Part shown: positions 14,885 to 22,517 of the stretch, piece by piece
Layout of the letters: each line of letters starts with the position of its first letter
Numbering within the stretch: the stretch's first letter is position 1
NCBI GenBank assembly: GCA_035763305.1
Contig: DASUBK010000471.1
Span: 1 to 34,799 of the forward strand
Direction of reading: 5' to 3'
DNA from: Terriglobales bacterium
Lineage (GTDB): Bacteria; Acidobacteriota; Terriglobia; Terriglobales; Acidobacteriaceae
Length of the DNA: 34,799 nucleotides
Made by a program: the position numbers and the translations under genes
The notes under the pieces: generated by a model
Database searches by the model: none
The model's input: only the letters and a program-made list of their open reading frames with translations
What the model was told of the DNA's origin: nothing

Positions 14885-15676
14885 TTATTCGCCCGCAGCC
14901 TTGCTGGCCCCGCCGGCGGGAAAGGTGACGTCGACCGTCTTGCTTTCCTTGGGCCCGATGGTGACCTGCTGCTCCTGCTCGCCAAGCTTTTCCTGCACGA
15001 AGCCGAGAGTATAGGTCCCCGGAGGCAGGCCCTTGATCTCGTACTTGCCGTCCTTGTCGGTAACGGCGAAGAACGGGTTTTTGACCACGTTGATGTACAT
15101 CTTCATCCACGGATGCTGGTTGCACTTCACCGGCAGCATGATCTCTTCGCGGGTGAAGCTCTTCTCGATGGGCGCGGCCTTGGGGGGCTGCGACTCGTTC
15201 CACTCGCGATTGTCCTTGGGAGTGGGGTGGATGTTGTGCGTGGTCTCGTCGCTGTTGACGATCTTGACCGGCTGGCCGACCATCACGCCCAGCACGTGGG
15301 GATGGTAGCGGCAGCCCTGCTGGTCGATGGTGACGGCTTCGGTGGGCGCCGGCAGGGTGCCGTTGAAGCCGCTCTTGACGTACACGAACGTGTTGGCCAG
15401 ATCGCCGTTGTTGACTTCCAGGGTTTCCACCTGGTTGGTGCCCTTGCAGGCGGGGTCCTGGCTCATGTCGATCTTGGCCGGCTTGGGCGCCGTGCCGGAA
15501 TATTTCACCACGCCGCTGACGCTGCCCACCGTGCTCTGGTCGATGGCAGTCGTCTGGGCCGGTGCGGCCGGTTGCGCAGCCTGCTCGTTGGCTGCGGTTT
15601 CTTTCTTGCTGCACGCGGACAGCAACATCAGTGCCAGCGTCGCGATCGCCAGGATCGCGAGCGATTTGCTTTTCAT
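14885..15676 (-). CDS. Cupredoxin (amicyanin/plastocyanin-like type-1 copper) lipoprotein with carboxypeptidase-regulatory-like flanks
   Basis: ATG 15676. Lipobox in MKSKSLAILAIATLALMLLSAC. Candidate Cu ligands are THNIH and CNQHPWM (C-x2-H-x2-M, the same spacing as the amicyanin CTPHPFM loop). C-terminal DKDGKYEIKGLPPGTYTL is CarboxypepD_reg-like. Confidence 0.7.
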   Translation of the reverse strand: MKSKSLAILAIATLALMLLSACSKKETAANEQAAQPAAPAQTTAIDQSTVGSVSGVVKYSGTAPKPAKIDMSQDPACKGTNQVETLEVNNGDLANTFVYVKSGFNGTLPAPTEAVTIDQQGCRYHPHVLGVMVGQPVKIVNSDETTHNIHPTPKDNREWNESQPPKAAPIEKSFTREEIMLPVKCNQHPWMKMYINVVKNPFFAVTDKDGKYEIKGLPPGTYTLGFVQEKLGEQEQQVTIGPKESKTVDVTFPAGGASKAAGE

Positions 15677-15724
15677 GTCGCCCCTCTCAGTCGGAGTTTT
15701 AGACCCAATCACAAACCGTCAATT

Positions 15725-18700
15725 TTAGCGCGAACCGGGAGTTCGTGCCGTGGCAATAGAGGAAGCGGCGCCGCTGCGGGCCGGCGCCGTTCCCAATCGG
15801 GCTGATGGAGTTGCTGCCGGGGGCCCGCCGCGCTTTTGCGAGGTCCTGGTGGCCGGCGCGGAGCGCATCATGCTCGAGACCCGCTTCTGCTCTTCCGGCG
15901 TGAGCTGGAAGATGTAGCGCATCAGCAGGGTGTTGTGGTTTTCGCTGTAGCCCTGGAACGAGGGCGGCGTGGGACCGCTGAACACCCACTGGTCGCCCTG
16001 CTTGCGGAAGAGTCCCGAGGGCATGGCGGTGCCGGGGCTGATGGCCTGCGGATCCAGCATCCACAGCTCGGTCCAGCCGGGCTTCAGGCGTTCCTTGGCC
16101 AGCAGGAAGTTGGGCGCGGTGGCGGTCTTGTCGTGGTTGGGATCGCCGGTCGCGTGACACTTCAGGCAAGGCGCGGCGGTGGAGGAGAACAGGCTGCGCG
16201 CCATGTCGGTCTCCTTGGCGGTGAGCAGCTTCTGCGGCTCGCGGATGTACGGCATCGGCTGCTGCGACATCGCCTGGAAGAAACGCACCAGCTTGCGCAG
16301 CTCGTTCTCCGAGAAATAGAAGGTCGGCATGCGAACCGGCAGGTACGGCCGGACGCCGTCGCGATGCATCTGCGCGGGATCGTCGGTGAGCGCCGGGTTC
16401 GACAGGAACTTGAGCAGCCACGCGGGATCGACGCGCGCGCCCTCGATCAGGAGCTTGGGCGGCAGCTTTTCCTTCTGGTCCTGGAAGAAGGGCACGGTTT
16501 CAATCGCGGTCTTCTGTCCGGGAATGAACTGGTGGCAGCCGACGCAGTTGTACTTGCGCACCACCCACCAGCCGTCCTGGATGTCCTTGCGGTAGTCCTC
16601 GGGCTTGTACTGGTAGCTGGCGGGCAGGGAAGAGTCCTGGCTGCCCAGCAGGAAGGTCACAATGTCATTGACCTGGTCCTTGGTCAGGTGCGGGTCGGGC
16701 ATGCGGAGCTTTTCCAGGTCCGACTTGATCATGCCCTGATCGTAGAGGTTGGGCATGGCCAGCTTGTGCTCGAAGAAGCCTTTGTTGGTGTACCAGTTCG
16801 TCTTCGCCGGACCTTCGGGCAGGCGCGCGAGAATGGCCTGGTCCTTGATCGGCTCCTTGCCTTCCTCCGCCATGCTGGTTTCGAGGGCGAAGTCGAGGCG
16901 CTCGATCGGCTTGCTGCCTTCCTGCGTCAACTCGGTGCCGATGCGGCCCTCATCCTCGAAGCCGGAGATTTCGTGGCACCCCGCGCAGCCGTACTGCCGG
17001 ATCCACTTCTTTCCCTCCTCCTTCAGCTTCGGATCCTCCATGTAGGAGGCGTCGGGATAGGAGCTGGGATCCTTTTCCTTCTGCGACATCAGGTAGGTGG
17101 CGATGTCGGCCACCTCGTCGTCGCTGAGGCGCAGGTTGGGCATGACAGTCATCTGCTCGACCTGGAGCTGGTGGCCGTCATTGGGGCAGGTGCTGTGATC
17201 GAAATCGAACTGGTACGGCAGCCCGTGCTTGGCGTAATCCTCGGGACCGATGTCCTTCTTCTCGTAGGCGCAATAGGGACGCGTCCGCTGGCGCGGGTTC
17301 TTGATCCAGCGGAAGACGTAATCGTAATTGTCCTTCTCGCCCACGCGGCTCAGGTTGGCCGCGAAGTCGCCGCCGATCTGCTGGTCGCCCTCGCCGATGG
17401 AGTGGCAGGCCAGGCAACCGCGCGTCTCGAACAGCGTCTTGCCGTTGGCGGCGTTGCCCGTCTTTTCATGGGGCAGGGGATCGGTGAGCGCCGTCTGCCA
17501 CAGGTACGCTGAGATCGCCTTGATCTGGTCGTCGGTGAGGCGGAAGTTCGGCATCTTGGTGGTCGGGCGGAAGTCGGTGGGCTTGTGCAGCCATACCGGA
17601 ATCCAGTTACGATTGATCTTCAGCCGCACTTCCTTGAGGTCCGGCCCGATCTTCTTCATGTCCTCCATCAGGCTCTTGGAGCGCAGATCGAGCAGCTCGA
17701 TCTGGCCGGAGAGCTTGCTGTTGGAGACCTTCAGCGCCTCGGCGCGCTGGTAGAAGCGCTGCGCTTCCTCGTTGCTGGCGGCGTTGTCGCCGTTCTTGGT
17801 GGCGATGGCCGCGTCGTGCAGGTTCTGCTGCTGCTGGGTTTCAATCTGCTTGATCTGCTGCCCGATGCCGGTCAACTCTTCCGGTTCGCGGTCGTAGCCT
17901 TCGTAGCGATGACAGCCATTGCAACCGCGCTGGCGGAAGAGGAACTTGCCCTGGTTGATGGTGGACATCAGCCCTTCGCCGCCGCCGGCGGTGGTCAGCA
18001 CCATGTCCGCGGCGTGGCACGTTTGGCAGCCGGCCTGGATGTTGTTGCGGGTGAACAGCGGCCACAGCCAGTGCTCGTAATTGCCGTGCGCCTTCTCAAT
18101 GCTGGTGGTGGCGCGGCCGTTGCCCTGGTGGCAGGGGGAGCAGCCGAACTTTTCCGGATCGTGGATCTTCAACAGCTCCGGATCCGGGTGGCTGGTAAAG
18201 GCCAGCGCGTACTCATCCGGTTGCTTGGCTCCTTTGGGCGACATCGCCGCCGCCGTCAGCGTCACTGGCTCGCGCGTGCCCATGTGGCAGGACTCGCAGC
18301 GGTCCACGATGTTGGCGGAGGCGACGTTGATCTGGACGATCTGCGAATCCCAGTCGTCCATCTTCTTCTGCAGGCCCGCCATGGCTTCCGGCCCCAGGCT
18401 GACCATGTGGTCCTTGAGCCAGTCGTCGCGCTTCGTCTTCAGCTCGTTGAGCGGCTTGAGCATGGCCGCCAGTTGCAGGCTGAGCGCGCCCTTCTCGTCT
18501 TTCAGGCTGTTGTAGCGCTCCTCCAGGTGAGGGAAGTCCATCTCCTCGACGTGGCCGTCGGGGAACTTCACCTTCACCTTTTCCGCTTTGTACTTATCGA
18601 GGTCCTTCTGCTTGCTCTTCTTGCTGCTGTCGCTGTCGTCGGTCTCGATGGAGTAGACCTCGGCATTGACGTAGGCGCGGCGGTCGGTGAAGACGCTTTG

Positions 18701-19048
18701 CACGGCCAGGATTTCCGCGCTCTTGTCCGACAGCTTCTTCTGCACGTCCTTCATCTGCGCGTCGGAGGCCTTGAGCGCGTCCTGGTAGGCGCCATCGAGC
18801 TTCTGGTATTCGGGATCGGACTCGAGCTGCTTCTCGGCCGTAGCCGACTGCGTCTTGGCCTGCTTCAGGAAGGCGCCGTAACGGTCCTTGAACTCCGACT
18901 GGTAGCGCTTCCAGGGGCGCTGGCCGTAGGCCTCGTCCCACAAGGCCCAGAACAGGGACCCGATCAGCAGCGCCACCGCCACGGTGTAATGTACGGCGTA
19001 CGATTTGGTTACGATCGGGTCGTGCTCGGGAATGTTTTCCTGGGGCAC
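15725..19048 (-). CDS. Membrane-anchored octahaem c-type cytochrome (1107 aa)
   Basis: GTG 19048 with GGAGG 6 nt upstream. One N-terminal TM helix (VAVALLIGSLFWALW). Eight CxxCH motifs: CESCH, CSPCH, CQTCH, CNGCH, CLACH, CAGCH, CVGCH, CLKCH. The last five are each followed by a Met-Pro motif, as in class I cytochrome c modules. Confidence 0.85.
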   Translation of the reverse strand: MPQENIPEHDPIVTKSYAVHYTVAVALLIGSLFWALWDEAYGQRPWKRYQSEFKDRYGAFLKQAKTQSATAEKQLESDPEYQKLDGAYQDALKASDAQMKDVQKKLSDKSAEILAVQSVFTDRRAYVNAEVYSIETDDSDSSKKSKQKDLDKYKAEKVKVKFPDGHVEEMDFPHLEERYNSLKDEKGALSLQLAAMLKPLNELKTKRDDWLKDHMVSLGPEAMAGLQKKMDDWDSQIVQINVASANIVDRCESCHMGTREPVTLTAAAMSPKGAKQPDEYALAFTSHPDPELLKIHDPEKFGCSPCHQGNGRATTSIEKAHGNYEHWLWPLFTRNNIQAGCQTCHAADMVLTTAGGGEGLMSTINQGKFLFRQRGCNGCHRYEGYDREPEELTGIGQQIKQIETQQQQNLHDAAIATKNGDNAASNEEAQRFYQRAEALKVSNSKLSGQIELLDLRSKSLMEDMKKIGPDLKEVRLKINRNWIPVWLHKPTDFRPTTKMPNFRLTDDQIKAISAYLWQTALTDPLPHEKTGNAANGKTLFETRGCLACHSIGEGDQQIGGDFAANLSRVGEKDNYDYVFRWIKNPRQRTRPYCAYEKKDIGPEDYAKHGLPYQFDFDHSTCPNDGHQLQVEQMTVMPNLRLSDDEVADIATYLMSQKEKDPSSYPDASYMEDPKLKEEGKKWIRQYGCAGCHEISGFEDEGRIGTELTQEGSKPIERLDFALETSMAEEGKEPIKDQAILARLPEGPAKTNWYTNKGFFEHKLAMPNLYDQGMIKSDLEKLRMPDPHLTKDQVNDIVTFLLGSQDSSLPASYQYKPEDYRKDIQDGWWVVRKYNCVGCHQFIPGQKTAIETVPFFQDQKEKLPPKLLIEGARVDPAWLLKFLSNPALTDDPAQMHRDGVRPYLPVRMPTFYFSENELRKLVRFFQAMSQQPMPYIREPQKLLTAKETDMARSLFSSTAAPCLKCHATGDPNHDKTATAPNFLLAKERLKPGWTELWMLDPQAISPGTAMPSGLFRKQGDQWVFSGPTPPSFQGYSENHNTLLMRYIFQLTPEEQKRVSSMMRSAPATRTSQKRGGPPAATPSARLGTAPARSGAASSIATARTPGSR

Positions 19049-19063
19049 TGCTGCCTCCGAAAC

Positions 19064-19140
19064 AGCTCTGAGCTATGAGCTCTGAGCATTGAGCAAATCA
19101 CATGGGGCCCGGCTTGGCTTAGAGCTCAGAGCTCACAGCT
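19064..19140. repeat. GAGCTCTGAGC-word inverted repeat (intercistronic hairpin inside the bc operon)
   Basis: Arm 19064-19087 (agctctgagctatgagctctgagc) pairs with arm 19117-19140 (gcttagagctcagagctcacagct) at 21 of 24 positions. Same word family as 914-1009. Confidence 0.8.
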
Positions 19141-19141
19141 T

Positions 19142-20071
19142 CTAAATGTTGAACCAAGGCGTCACCATCACGTACTTGATGTGAAACGCCAGGCGCAGGA
19201 ACATCTTGATCGGCAGGGCGACCATGGTCAGCATGAAGAACGCCATGATGCTGTACTGCAGCAGGCTCATGCGCTTGAAGTCCTTGGGCATCTTGCGCCG
19301 GAAGAGCGCCGTCATGCCCAGCCCGCCGATCACGTAATACCCGCCGACCACGATGGCCCCGAACACCGCCTTGGCGAAGTTCGAAGTAATGCTGAAGATG
19401 TCCGGCAAGTCGCGGTTCACCTCATAAATGAGGCGATTGTGGTCCCAACTTTGGCCCGGCCAGAACCACTGCCATCCTGGACCGCGGATGAAGGTGCCGA
19501 TGATGATCATCGAAACCCACAGCACGATGAAGCCGAAGCAGAAGGTGGCGATGGAGAACTTGCGCTGCTTCAGCGTGTAGTAGCCGCTGCCCAGGGGATT
19601 GGTGTCAATGTAGGGAATCGCCATCAGGCCGACGATGATCAGCGTCGGCATCACCACGCCGGCGATCCAGGGATCGAAGTACACGAGCATTTCCTGCAGT
19701 CCGAGGAAGTACCACGGCGCTTTGGCCGGGTTCATGGTCAGGTTGGGATTGGCCGGCTCTTCCAGCGGCGCGCTCAGGGTGATGGACCACACCATCAGGA
19801 TGATGGTCACGATGATGGCGGCCAGGAACTCCACGCGCAGCAGGAACGGCCACACGTGGACCTCCTTCGACCAGCCGGGACGCCAGGGGAAGGTCTTGCG
19901 GTGGTGCGTCTTGGCCAGGGCCGGGTCCTTTTCCAGCTTTTCGATCAGCTCGTCGTTGGCGCGCGCCTGCTTGAAAGCGAGGTAGCAGTAGAACACCACC
20001 AGCGGCAGCAGCGCCGTGATCGGAATGTTGTCCGGAGTGGTCGCGATCGTCCAAAGCTGATGCCAATCCAT
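19142..20071 (-). CDS. Cytochrome b C-terminal half (subunit IV-like), extended
   Basis: 309 aa from ATG 20071. NPAKAPWYFLGLQEML is the Qo-site PEWY-region equivalent. Multiple TM helices. The 26 extra N-terminal residues in the track ORF are translated repeat sequence. Confidence 0.8.
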   Translation of the reverse strand: MDWHQLWTIATTPDNIPITALLPLVVFYCYLAFKQARANDELIEKLEKDPALAKTHHRKTFPWRPGWSKEVHVWPFLLRVEFLAAIIVTIILMVWSITLSAPLEEPANPNLTMNPAKAPWYFLGLQEMLVYFDPWIAGVVMPTLIIVGLMAIPYIDTNPLGSGYYTLKQRKFSIATFCFGFIVLWVSMIIIGTFIRGPGWQWFWPGQSWDHNRLIYEVNRDLPDIFSITSNFAKAVFGAIVVGGYYVIGGLGMTALFRRKMPKDFKRMSLLQYSIMAFFMLTMVALPIKMFLRLAFHIKYVMVTPWFNI

Positions 20072-20081
20072 AAGAATCTCC

Positions 20082-20146
20082 CCATCGGGTGATCGGGTCA
20101 TCGGGTGATCGAATCCATCGGGTGATCGAAATCGATGACCCGATGG
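20082..20146. repeat. SATCGGGT octamer repeats ending in a hairpin (between the two cytochrome b genes)
   Basis: catcgggt gatcgggt catcgggt gatcgaat. ccatcgggtgatcga (20115-20129) pairs with tcgatgacccgatgg (20132-20146) at 14 of 15 positions. Confidence 0.8.
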
Positions 20147-20167
20147 CAAGATGAACAGATCGCCCGA

Positions 20168-21094
20168 TTAGCCTCCGGCGGCCGCCTGCGCCCTTCGAGG
20201 CTTGTCGGCCTCGGAGGTCAACATCACCGGCGCCGGTCCGGAGATACCGCCATCCTTTCGCACGCGCCAGAAGTGCACGATCATGAAGATCGAGGCGATG
20301 ATCGGGATGGCGATGCAATGCCAGATGTAGGCGCGGAGCAGGGCATTAGCGTCCACGATCGATCCGCCCAGCAAGCCGAAGCGCACGTCGTTATAGGGCG
20401 TCATGCCGATTTCGTGGCCGAAGGGGCCCTCGTTGCCCAGCAGCGGCGTGGCGCGTGCCATGTTGGTGCCCACCGTGACCGCCCAGAAGCCCAGCTGATC
20501 GTCGGGCAGCAGGTAGCCGGTGAAGGAGAGCAGCAGCGTCAGTACCAGCAGGATGACGCCGACATTCCAGTTAAATTCGCGCGGCTTCTTGTAACTGCCG
20601 GTGAGAAACACGCGGAACATGTGCAGCTCGACGGCGATCACCATCAGGTGCGCTGCCCAGCGATGCATGTTGCGCAGGATCTTGCCGAAGGGAACGTCGT
20701 GCTCCAGGTAGAGCACGTCGCGGAACGCCTGCACCTTGGTCGGGTGGTAATAGAACATCAGCAGGGTGCCGGTGAAGGTGAGCACGATGAACAGGTAGAA
20801 CGTGATCCCGCCCATGCCCCAGGTGTAGTTGTAGCGGACCGCGTCGCGGTTGATCTTCGCCGGGTGCAGGTGCAGGAAGACGTTGGACAGCACGCCCAGC
20901 GCGCGGTTGCGCGGCGTGTCGTCGCGCTTGTGGCGGAAGATCGAGGTGTAGACCTGGGTCTTGGTGGGATCCTTGAGCCCCTCGACCTGTTCCTTGACCT
21001 TGACCGGAATCTCGACCTTCATGGCCTGGACTTCTTCTTTCACCAGGTCCACGACGCCGGTCTTCTTGCCGTTACCGTTTGTCTCGTCCGGCAT
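20168..21094 (-). CDS. Cytochrome b N-terminal half (b6-type)
   Basis: 308 aa. Helix B HRWAAHLMVIAVELH has H-x13-H. Helix D HCIAIPIIASIFMIVH has H-x14-H, the b6-type spacing. TGYLLPDDQLGFWA is conserved. Confidence 0.9.
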   Translation of the reverse strand: MPDETNGNGKKTGVVDLVKEEVQAMKVEIPVKVKEQVEGLKDPTKTQVYTSIFRHKRDDTPRNRALGVLSNVFLHLHPAKINRDAVRYNYTWGMGGITFYLFIVLTFTGTLLMFYYHPTKVQAFRDVLYLEHDVPFGKILRNMHRWAAHLMVIAVELHMFRVFLTGSYKKPREFNWNVGVILLVLTLLLSFTGYLLPDDQLGFWAVTVGTNMARATPLLGNEGPFGHEIGMTPYNDVRFGLLGGSIVDANALLRAYIWHCIAIPIIASIFMIVHFWRVRKDGGISGPAPVMLTSEADKPRRAQAAAGG

Positions 21095-21157
21095 GATTCC
21101 CCCACTCCGAATCGCGGTTGTAAGTCCGCCAGCCGACGGTCGAAAACCGCCGGCCAG

Positions 21158-22474
21158 CTACACCGGGAGGAACGCTCCCGGATCGTCAAAGTGGCTGGGC
21201 TGTCCCTTGGGCCACTGGTAGAGGCGGCTGGCGTCCACGATGATCTGCCCATCGGGCGCCAGTTCGACATGGGCGCGGTCCATCGGCCGCGGCGCCGGTC
21301 CTTCGAAGTTCACTCCCTCGCTATCGTAGCCGCTGCCGTGGCAGGGACACTTGAACTTGTTTTCCGCCGGCTTCCAGTCGGGGGTGCAGCCCAGGTGGGT
21401 GCACTTGGCGTAGATCACGAAGATGCGCCCGGGAATGCGGTCCACCCAGATGCGGTACATCTGCTGGAACTTGGTGTCGACGCCCATGCCGAAGTCGCTG
21501 GGATAGCCGATTTTGAATACCGTGCTGGGCTCGAACAGCGTGCGCGGCAGGAAGAAGCGGAAGAACGCCAGCAGCCAGGTGGTCAGGAACGCGACCACGG
21601 CGGTCCAAATGAAGCGCCGCCGGGCGCGGTTGACCGGAGTGTCCGGCGGGCCGGCGGTGGCCACGCCACCCGCGGCGGCAGCCTTCGAGGTCCCCACCGC
21701 CGGAGTTCCGACATAGGTGGTTGCCGTGCCGCTGCGCGCGATTGGCGGTACTGCAGCTCTCGCCGGCGCCGCCGCCGCGGCTGTCCGTGCCGCGGGCGCA
21801 GCAGCCGGCGCCGCCGCGGGCGCGGCAGGAGCCGCGGCGCCCGGGGCCTCACCGGTCAGTGCGAAGATTTCAGCGTCGTTAAGTTGCGGAAGATTATTAC
21901 GTTTGCGGCGTGCCTGCTCGGCGGCGATCGACGAACGGCTCCACTTCTTTCCTTGCTTCAACCACTCCGCGACTTCGGCGCTGATGGTGCCGCTGGGCGG
22001 AGCGGCAGGAGCAGCGGCCGCGGCGGCCGGGACCGCCGCAGGTGCGGCAGCAGGAGCTTCCGGCGCCTCGCCGGTCAGCGCGGTAATTTCGGCGTCGTTC
22101 AAAGGCGCCAGGTTGGTGCGCTTGCGCCGCGCCTGTTCGGCGGCGATGGCCGAACGACTCCACTTCTTTCCTTGCTTCACCCACTCGGCGACGTCGGCGC
22201 TGATGCTGCCGGTCGACGCCGCCGGCGCAGCGGGCGCTGGAGCAGCCGCCGGGGGAGCAGGCGGGGTCGCAGCCGGGGCGGCGGGAGCCTCGCCCTTTTC
22301 CCACGGCATCTGCTCGCCGGTCCGGAGCGCCTCCATGTCGGCGTCGGTGAGCTCGGGCAGACCGGAGCGCTTGCGATACGCCTGCTCGGCGGCAATGACC
22401 GAATTGTTCAGCGGCTTACGCGGCCAGGGCGGCAGTCTGCCCAATACGCCGGTACTGAGGACCTGATCAGCCAT
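21158..22474 (-). CDS. Rieske [2Fe-2S] subunit with a ~270-aa repeat-containing N-terminal extension
   Basis: CTHLGCTP and CPCHGSGY cluster boxes. Twin-arginine/TM segment NRARRRFIWTAVVAFLTTWLLAFF. The N-terminus carries three copies of an IAAEQAxRKRxxLxxLxDAE motif separated by Ala/Pro linkers. SD GAGGTGAGGA is upstream. Confidence 0.9.
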   Translation of the reverse strand: MADQVLSTGVLGRLPPWPRKPLNNSVIAAEQAYRKRSGLPELTDADMEALRTGEQMPWEKGEAPAAPAATPPAPPAAAPAPAAPAASTGSISADVAEWVKQGKKWSRSAIAAEQARRKRTNLAPLNDAEITALTGEAPEAPAAAPAAVPAAAAAAPAAPPSGTISAEVAEWLKQGKKWSRSSIAAEQARRKRNNLPQLNDAEIFALTGEAPGAAAPAAPAAAPAAAPAARTAAAAAPARAAVPPIARSGTATTYVGTPAVGTSKAAAAGGVATAGPPDTPVNRARRRFIWTAVVAFLTTWLLAFFRFFLPRTLFEPSTVFKIGYPSDFGMGVDTKFQQMYRIWVDRIPGRIFVIYAKCTHLGCTPDWKPAENKFKCPCHGSGYDSEGVNFEGPAPRPMDRAHVELAPDGQIIVDASRLYQWPKGQPSHFDDPGAFLPV

Positions 22475-22517
22475 GCTTCCTCACCTCAAGTTCCCGCTAC
22501 GCGGGAGGCACGGAGCA

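Noticed and set aside
15836-19078. Two long + strand ORFs (558 aa and 497 aa)
   Set aside because: They are antisense to the octahaem cytochrome gene, which has eight CxxCH motifs. Their translations are low-complexity (L/V/G/R/A-rich).
20083-20125. GGG tracts every 8 nt as a potential G-quadruplex
   Set aside because: At none of the loci I checked (20083-20125, 9255-9290, 29276-29330) are there four GGG runs all separated by loops of 7 nt or less. The complementary arm nearby favours a duplex hairpin instead.
21717-22466. 249-aa Ala-rich + strand ORF
   Set aside because: It is the reverse-strand reading of the Ala/Pro-linker repeat region of the Rieske N-terminal extension. It has no start context or motifs.
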